In this document: in pieces, positions 20,979 through 28,305 of the stretch | Layout: every line of letters begins with the position of its first letter | How positions within the stretch are numbered: the stretch's first letter is position 1 | Origin: Octopus sinensis | Lineage: Eukaryota | DNA: 28,305 nt | Direction: 5' to 3' | Assembly: GCF_006345805.1 (NCBI RefSeq) | Contig: NW_021833554.1 | Coordinates: forward strand, 1 to 28,305 | Notes under the pieces: model-generated | What the model was told of the DNA's origin: nothing | The model's database searches: none | What the model saw: only the letters and a program-made list of their open reading frames with translations | Program-made: the position numbers and the translations under genes

Positions 20979-21267
20979 GCACTCTGTCGGTTACGACGAC
21001 GAGGGTTCCAGTTGATCCGATCAACAGAACAGCCTGCTCGTGAAACTAACGTGCAACTGGCTGAGCATTCCACAGGTACGCGTATCCTTAACGTAGTTCA
21101 TTGGGAACTTCAGCGTGACACAGAATGTGACATGACTAGCTCATTTGTAATACAGGTATTAACTCATTTTTGCCAGGTTAGTGGACTCGGAAGACCTTAA
21201 ATTAAAATGTTTGGCTCAAGGACACAACGTGTCGCATAGAATTGAACTCAGTACCTTATGATCGTGA
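20979..21267 (-). mobile_element. SINE family E, near full length
   Basis: C-type 3' half (20979-21155) plus 'actcatttttgccag..gtggac..ggctcaaggacacaacg..attgaactc..tgatcgtga' head. Confidence 0.88.
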
Positions 21268-21519
21268 TTTGAGGGAGAGAGAGAGAAGAGTAAGAAAGGG
21301 AGTGGAAGGTGCAGAGAGTGAGTGAGAGATAAGGTGGGAGGATGGAGACTGTTAGAAACAGGAACCGAAAGATGGAAAGCATTGAGAGAGGAGCAAGAGA
21401 AAGAGAGAGAAAATGAGAAGAGAGATATGAAAAGCAAAGAGAGGAATGTATGGTGAGCGAGAAAGAGGGATAGACACATACTACACATAACCACATACAT
21501 CATCATATACAATAATATA

Positions 21520-21525
21520 TATATA

Positions 21526-21586
<61 letters not shown>

Positions 21587-21692
21587 TTTACACACTCAAA
21601 CACATCCATATTTATGTATATATAACACATATATACACACATATACATGTATACAACACAATACGCACATATATATATAAATGTATATGCAT

Positions 21693-21724
<32 letters not shown>

Positions 21725-21777
21725 TATACATGCATATAATATAACATATATACATGCATATACTTACATATATATAT

Positions 21778-21815
<38 letters not shown>

Positions 21816-21960
21816 ATATACACACACATACGCACACACACACACACACACATATATATATACATACATACACACACACATACACACACACACATATATA
21901 TATAATATATATACTTATAGGCATACACTCAAACTTTAACTCGCACATGCACACACGCAT
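21520..21960. repeat. Compound (TA)/(CA) microsatellite field
   Basis: Direct inspection. Confidence 0.95.
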
Positions 21961-22712
21961 TTATATAAATATTCATACACACGTATATCAATACACATGT
22001 ACACGAAGAAACACGAGCCTATCGCAAATTCACACGCATGCACACCTGCCCCCTACACGCACACACACACACATGTTCATACATACAAGCCTACATACAT
22101 ACACACATACATACGCATGAGAATGAAGTGCAACGCCGAAATCTATAGGGAGAAAGGAAAAATAGTTTTGCGTCGCTTATTTATTATAATACAGAGACCC
22201 ACCAAATAATTTCTTGTGCTAATGGAGATTGTAAATTCAGCTGTTAAATTTTGTCCATTAGCTGATATTTCACGAACACCGCTTTCTAGAGTAATATTGG
22301 ACGGTGTTGGCATCGGTAAAAGCTATCGGAAATAAAATAAGGCGAAAAATAAACGAGTGAATAACACAATTCTTGTGCGCGTACGAGTGTTCGCCAGCAG
22401 CGATGTGATATCTATTCTCGTGTTAACGGAGGCTGGTACAGTGTTTCGTTGGCAAGCGGAGACGAGCGAATAGCGATGCGTTTTAGGATAGTTTACTTAG
22501 TTTTAAGTGAACATGGTTGTAGAGTAGCTTATGTGCGCTTATTGGAGACAGGCAGACAGATTGATAGATAGACGTGTATGCACAGATAGACACAGACAGA
22601 TAGACAGATAGATAAATAGATCGATAGATAGATATATAGATATATAGATAGACAGACAGACAGATAGATAGACAGATGAACAATATTGTATTAACCAAAC
22701 GACTCTTATAAA

Positions 22713-22751
<39 letters not shown>

Positions 22752-22753
<2 letters not shown>

Positions 22754-22984
22754 TTCTTTACTACCCACAAGGGGCTAAACATAGAGGAGACAAACAAGGA
22801 TAGACAAACGGATTAAGTCAATTACATCGACCCCAGTGCGTAACTGGTACTTAATTTATCGATCCCGAAAGGGTGAAAGGCAAAGTCGACCTCGGCGGAA
22901 TTTGAACTCAGAACGTAACGGCAGACGAAATACGGCTACGCATTTCGTCCGGCGTGCTAACGTTTCTGCCAGCTCGCCGCCTTT
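22752..22984 (-). mobile_element. SINE family B, full length
   Basis: Colinear with 16588-16819. Confidence 0.97.
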
Positions 22985-23051
22985 TGACAGCTATTTCTAG
23001 TAAGTTTGACAACAATTTCTAGTAAATTTGACAGCTATTTCTAGTAAGTTT
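22983..23051. repeat. 22-bp minisatellite, about 3.1 copies (TTTGACAGCTATTTCTAGTAAG)
   Basis: Units at 22983, 23005 and 23027. Confidence 0.92.
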
Positions 23052-23492
23052 AACGACCAAATTGAAGTTTTTTTGTTGCTCGTTAAACTTTTACCCACCA
23101 CACCAAATGATCTCATTCACCTTGTCTTGTACAACAGCCCCAAAACTACACCTATTTCTCTTTATGCCATTGTTTTTATTGCAACAGCGTTTCTTGCAAT
23201 ATTATTGCTGCTACTATAGTAGTTGTTGTTGTTGTTCCTGTGACAGGTTTTACGGCACACAACTCGCAGGTGTGGGTTTTATTATTATAAAGTGTTTAAT
23301 AGAATAAGGATGAAATATTCTCCTTTAACGTCCAGCATGTTATCGATCTTGTGGACGCATTCATGGTGGCTGCGTGATTAAGAAATTCACTCACCAATTT
23401 TCTGGTTTCTTTCAAGCTGTCGGTTGCGGGGTTCGAACTTTCGTACCCTCATCGTATTTTTTTTTTCATGCTGTCGATATCAAGGGTATTGT

Positions 23493-23558
23493 TAAGGCGG
23501 TGATTTAGGCAGAATTCCCCAAAATTTCAGGCTCTGTGCCTTTTGTAGAAAGGATTAT
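23493..23558 (+). mobile_element. Internally deleted B-variant SINE (head fused to 'tgtgcc..gtagaaaggattatt' tail)
   Basis: 'taaggcggtgatttaggcagaat' + 'ccccaaaatttcaggctctgtgccttttgtagaaaggattatt'; tail related to 25346-25380. Confidence 0.65.
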
Positions 23559-23748
23559 TAAGGCAGCGAGCTGGCAGAATCGTTAGCACGCCGGGCGAAA
23601 TGCTTAGCGGTATTTCATCTGTTGCTACGTTCTGAGTTCAAATTCCGCCGAGGTCGACTTTGCCTTTCAGCCTTTCGGGGTCGATAAATTAAGTACCAGT
23701 TACGCACTGGGGTCGATAAAATCAACTTAATCCGTTTGTCTGTCCTTG
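23559..23748 (+). mobile_element. SINE family B, 3'-truncated
   Basis: Reverse complement of the B copies at 22752 and 25515. Confidence 0.95.
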
Positions 23749-24146
23749 GACGAAAAAACCCCCAGAAATGTTACACAAATATAAAACAGGACATAACAAC
23801 AGGTGTCTTTCGACTGAGGACGAATTAAATTAAGCTGACGTGTGTAGAAGTAAAGCCTTACGGCAGGGATACAGAATTTCACGGGCACAGGGAGGAATAT
23901 AGCTGTTGCACGGACAGTAGCCCAACCAAAAAAGAAAGGAATATATATATATATATATACAAATTAAGAGGAATGACCACCAAAGTGGACTCCTAATATG
24001 CTAAAGATAGACGTCAAATCGCCTTACCACGAAGAGTGGGTTCTCAACAAAAATTTTATTCTGCATTTTGCTGAAATTTTTAAATCTCGGATTTTTTTAA
24101 ATATTCGAAACCACTGGTTTAATCTAATATCAATTTCTACCCTCAT

Positions 24147-24179
<33 letters not shown>

Positions 24180-24383
24180 ATATCTATATACCGAGCAAAA
24201 CTGTCCGATTTAACGGCACGGGAAACTCAGAGTAACAGGTTTTGTTGAATTTCTGCTGCTTTAAATAAAGTAATATATATATATATAAATATATAAATAT
24301 ATATATATATATATACTATATATATAAACACATACACATATATAGTATGTGTGTATGCATGTATATTTATACAATATAATATT

Positions 24384-24418
<35 letters not shown>

Positions 24419-25167
24419 AACATGCATACATGCATACGTATATACATGTGTGTGTGCGCTTTCCTTCGATAAAAAAATAAATATCTGATTCCTTCTGGCT
24501 ATATTTGAAATTTTATTGTTGCACCGGAGCCATCAATTCGACCATTATTCATTGAACAATTTTGACAAACAATCAACGGAATAGAAAATTTTATAATCCT
24601 TCACTAGAATTACGTTATATGGTTCCAGGGTTTGTTTCATTTAGAATTTGGCGTTTTAGGAACAATGAAGAATAACAACAACAAAAACAACTGCAAGATC
24701 TATAGTACGACATGCAAAGTAATGAATAAAAGAAAATAAGTGGCGAAAAGAAAATATAGCAAAAAAATATAAATATATGTAAAAATGGAAACTAGAAACT
24801 CTCCCAAGCATCGATTTATTTTGTCCCTCGAGCAAAGAGAGAGCGTTCAATAGTATTTTTTTGATAGAATTTTTATAGTATTTGCTCTCTTGATTTCCTT
24901 TCTCTTTATATCTTCGTTTTCCTCCTCATCTTTTACATTCTGGGTGTTTGAAAACTATTAACAACGATTTTTTTTTCGGTGGACCCACGGCATTTATTTA
25001 TATATATGTATTTATATTTAGTTAATATTATATTTATATATATATATTATATATATATATAAGTTATGTGTGTGTGTCTTTATTAGTACACCTTATATTG
25101 ACATGATAAGAATGATGGAATATAAGTCTAAGAGAGCTGGACTGAACGTTGCCTGTAGTGAGTTTTC

Positions 25168-25308
25168 TGCGGCGTGCGATAAAAAAGCTAGCTTCCGAAT
25201 GACACGGTCTCGGGTTCAGTCCCACCGCATAACACCTTGGGCAAGCGTCTTCTATTACAGCCTGGTGGGTGGAATTGGTAGACGTAAACTGAAAGAAGCC
25301 CATCGTAT
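25168..25308 (+). mobile_element. Decayed SINE family A 5' half
   Basis: 'cgggttcagtcccaccgc..caccttgggcaagcgtcttcta..ggtagacgtaaactgaaagaagcccatcgtat'. Confidence 0.85.
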
Positions 25309-25345
25309 TTGTGTGCCATAAAAGGCTTGTCTGCATCCCGTATAT

Positions 25346-25513
25346 ATTCTTTTCTACTCTAGGCACACGGCCCGAAATTTTGGTGGAGGGTGCCGGTCGA
25401 TTAGATCGGCCCCAGTACACAACTGGTACTTAATGTATTAACCCCGAATGGATGAAAGGCAAAGTCGACCTCAACGGAGTTTGAACTAAGATCGTAAAGA
25501 CAGATGAAATACC
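25346..25513 (-). mobile_element. B-variant SINE (alternative tail 'gtgcctagagtagaaaagaat'), 5' end interrupted by the next B copy
   Basis: Shares the 'ctggtactta..ccccgaa.ggatgaaaggcaaagtcgacctc' core with B but has a different 3' tail. Confidence 0.85.
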
Positions 25514-25514
25514 T

Positions 25515-25746
25515 ATTTCTTTACAACCCACAAGGGGCTAAACACTGAGGGTACAAACAAGGGCAGACAAACGGATTAAGTCGATTATATCGACCCCAGT
25601 GCGTAACTGGTACTTAATTTATCGATCCCGAAAGGATGAAAGGCAAAGTCGACCTCGGTGGAATTTGAACTCAGAACGTAACGGCAGACGAAATACAGCT
25701 ACGCATTTCGCCCGGCGTGCTAACGTTTCTGCTAGCTCGCCGCTTT
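25515..25746 (-). mobile_element. SINE family B, full length
   Basis: Colinear with 16588-16819. Confidence 0.97.
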
Positions 25747-25810
25747 ATATATATATTGCAAGCAGGGGAGTGAACCCATGCCATCATCTAACAACTTGAC
25801 AGGACCACCG

Positions 25811-26268
25811 GATTGCCTCGATAACCAACTGAAGGAGGAGTCCTCTTGGGGTTAAGTAAACTGATTGTAACGTTGGCTTGTATGGATCAGCCATGTTCAA
25901 GTGGCGACAAACATTTGTCAGTATAATTACAACTTTCATCTCTTACTGAAAATTTTTAGCTACCTACTTTGCTTGTTGCAAGATCAGTGACTGATTGTCA
26001 CTTATTTTTTATATAATGCGAGCTTGCACGAACTACTATCTCTAGCAGACAAGTACCTAGCAGAGCGGATGGGCAGAAATAGCCCGAAACAGGTTGGTTT
26101 GGTGGTTCTGTCAAGTCGCTAGAACATGGTACGGGTTCGCTCCCCTGATTGCAGTATATATCGGGTGCAGATTGCATCGATAACCAGGAGGCTTCCTCTT
26201 GGGGCGTAAAAAAATAGTAGTAACGTCGCTTCGTACGGATCAGCCATTTTGAAGTGGAGACAAACATT
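25811..26268. repeat. Diverged direct repeat of about 100 bp (25811-25915 and 26170-26268), unclassified, possibly pseudo-LTR
   Basis: Shared 'gattgc.tcgataacca..ggagg..tcctcttgggg..gtaacgt.gctt.gta.ggatcagccat.tt.aagtgg.gacaaacatt'. Confidence 0.8.
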
Positions 26269-26384
26269 AGCTCTCATTATCTTATAGACTTTGTAATTAG
26301 CTATTTTGTTGTGTGTGTGTGTGTGTGGTGTGTGTGTGTGTGTGTGTGTGTGTGTCTGTGTCTGTGCGTGTGTGCGTGCGTGTT

Positions 26385-26537
26385 CCTTTCTGTCTGTGAT
26401 TTACCCTCACCACTGCTGGATAACCAGTGTTGGTGTCTATATATTCTTTCAACTTAGCGTTACGGCAAAAGAATCGATAGTGAAAATACCAGGCTTAAAC
26501 ATTTCTTCAAGGAGGTGCTCCAGCATGGCCACAGTCT
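26385..26537 (+). mobile_element. Decayed SINE family A 3' half following (GT)n
   Basis: 'aacttagcgttacggcaaaagaatcgatag..caaggaggtgctccagcatggccacagtc'. Confidence 0.8.
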
Positions 26538-26658
26538 ATTCACGTGTTTATTGTACGATGGAGAGTAACTAATAATGAGAGCTGAGTAATAATTCTTTTA
26601 ACTATGAGTGTTACATACAAGCGAATAAACGCTTGTATGTAAAAGGAAGGATATAGTA

Positions 26659-26711
26659 TACTCTTTTACTTGTTTCAGTCATTTAACTGTGGCCATACTG
26701 GAGCACTGTTT
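26659..26711 (-). mobile_element. SINE family A tail fragment
   Basis: 'tactcttttacttgtttcagtcatttaactgtggccatactggagcactg'. Confidence 0.85.
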
Positions 26712-26720
26712 TTAAGAATA

Positions 26721-27077
26721 TACTCTTAACTCTTTTAGTCTTTTACTTATTTCAGTCATTTGACTGTGGCTATGCTGGAGCACCGCCTTTTGTTGAGCAA
26801 ATCGAACCCAGGACTTATTCTTTGTAAGCCTAGTACTTATTCTATCGGTCCCTTTTGCCGAACCGCTAAGTTACAGGGACGTAAACACACCAGCATCGGT
26901 TGTCAAGCGATGTTGGGGGAACAAACACGACACACACACGCATACATACAAATACATATACATATATACGATGGGCTCACAAGGCTTTGGCCGTCCTGAG
27001 GCTATAGTAGAAGACATTTGCCCAAAGTGCCACGCAGTGGGACTGAACCCGGAACCATGTGGTTGGTAAGCAAGCTA
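26721..27077 (-). mobile_element. SINE family A, interrupted by the mariner; last about 20 nt of its head resume at 27879-27899
   Basis: Ends 'ggttggtaagcaagcTA'; 'cttaccactcagccactcct' continues after the transposon (compare 17241-17278). Confidence 0.95.
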
Positions 27078-27150
27078 TTGGGCTGTCCGGAAAGTTCGTG
27101 CCGATTTTTAAAGGAAAAAAGAAGGTCAATAAATACTTGCCATTACATTT

Positions 27151-27409
27151 TTAATCAACCAAATATGAACCATTTTGTTGCACAATACATCTCCAGCTTT
27201 CCTTTAACTTGAAAATACCTTCTTCCCAGAATTGAGGTGGTTTCATGGCAAAGAATTCATCAAGGTCTTTTTTTTACATCTTCCAAGGAATTGAAATTTT
27301 TATCATTAAGACTATTCTGCAGAGACTTGAATAAGGGGAAATCCGAAGAGCAATAACTGGTGAATGGATGGGGTGGGGTAACACATCCCAGCCGAACTGC
27401 AGCAATTTT
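27151..27409 (-). pseudogene. Mariner transposase C-terminal remnant
   Basis: Manual translation across frameshifts: KLLQFGWDVLPHP...SDFPLFKSLQNSLNDKNFNSLEDVKK/DLDEFFAMKPPQFWEEGIFKLKESWRCIVQQNGSYLVD*; degenerate YSPDLAPSD motif. Confidence 0.9.
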
Positions 27410-27828
27410 TGTTCTAGTTCCCAAGCATCAAGTGCCGAAAATGAACTTTCTTATCTTCTATTTAAAGGGTTACAGAATTAACACAGGTTTTAGGAACATA
27501 AAACTTCTTCCACAAAAAGATAGCTTAAACTGTGCTCTAAATGGAAGAGTAGTCAAATTCTATTTTATGGACTCAACCACGTTCTAAATAAGTGAATATG
27601 GAGGGTGGAGTAACACATCCCAAAAGTTGCTATAGCAATTTTTATCTGGTTCCCAAAGCTCCAAGTGCCGAAAATGAACTTTCTTATCTTTTATTTTAAG
27701 GGGTTACAGAATTAACACAGGTTATAGGAACATAACCCTTCTTCCACGAAAAGATAGTTTAAACTGTGCTCTAAATGGAGGTGTAGTCAAATCCTATTTT
27801 ATGGACTCAACCATATTCTAAAATAAGT
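27360..27828. repeat. Tandem duplication of about 232 bp inside the mariner
   Basis: Units begin at 27360 and 27592; long shared blocks such as 'caagtgccgaaaatgaactttcttatctt' and 'ttaaactgtgctctaaatgga'. Confidence 0.95.
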
Positions 27829-28305
27829 AAAAAGATAAGCTACTATAAATCGGCACGAACTCTCCGGTCAACCGAATACTTACCACTCAGCCACTCCTAT
27901 CAACGTATAGTAATTGCTGTGCGTGTGATGTCTGCTCTGCGTTTGGTTGACTAGGGCTTCCTCATTCATGTCAAACCAACTTAAGATGCACTTTACGTTA
28001 GGTTGGCGAAAGTAGAATCAGCTTCATTGACAAGAAGACGAAAAAACAGACGAAAAAAGAACAAGAAAAGGAAAAGAAAAACATAAAGGAAACAAAGATA
28101 TCTATGAAAATATATTAAAAACTCCAATTCATTCTGTCAATTTAATAAAGCATAAAAATAGATTGGAAAGTCTGTTAAGAAAAAGAAAATATAATTTCAT
28201 AGAATATGCTCTACATTTCCATTTACAGAATTATCAATAACTGGAAGGCAAAAATATTGTTTAAAAAAATTAGCAAAAAATACGAGCTATAAAAAAATGT
28301 AATAA

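Larger units (their letters stand above)
27078..27876 (-). mobile_element. Non-autonomous mariner (Tc1/mariner) element with both TIRs and TA target duplication
   Basis: TA|ttgggctgtccggaaagttcgtgccgattt ... aaatcggcacgaactctccggtcaaccgaa|TA; transposase relics on the minus strand. Confidence 0.95.

Noticed and set aside
27360-27587. Plus-strand 75-aa ORF MNGWGGVTHP..
   Set aside because: Antisense of the mariner transposase/UTR remnant

Overview
Non-coding, repeat-saturated eukaryotic DNA. The SINE motifs and the density of (TA)n/(GATA)n/(ACT)n microsatellites match what I recall of Octopus (coleoid cephalopod) genomes; this is an inference, not a database result. No protein-coding gene can be called with confidence, and almost every ORF in the supplied track is a microsatellite or SINE artefact. 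Contents: (i) more than 25 whole or partial copies of tRNA-derived SINEs in several modular families. The labels A, B, C, D, E and G are my own: A = head+core+internal microsatellite+'ccagcatggccgcagtc' tail; B = 'ggcggcgagctggcaga' head + 'ggggtcgataaattaagtacc' core; C and E share one 3' half; E and G share one head. (ii) A decayed R4/Dong-clade non-LTR retrotransposon fragment. (iii) Two LINE 3' ends embedded in a (GATA)n array. (iv) A probable RTE-LINE 5' region rich in hairpins. (v) An internally deleted and then internally duplicated mariner element with both TIRs, inserted at a TA inside a SINE. (vi) Several Penelope-type minimal hammerhead ribozyme motifs, one with a complete canonical core (10292-10334, minus strand). 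The hammerhead motifs, the apparent (GATA)n-targeted LINE that shares its tail with SINE B, and a 370-bp unclassified insert flanked by a 10-bp direct repeat are the most interesting signals. None is shown to be a new biological system.
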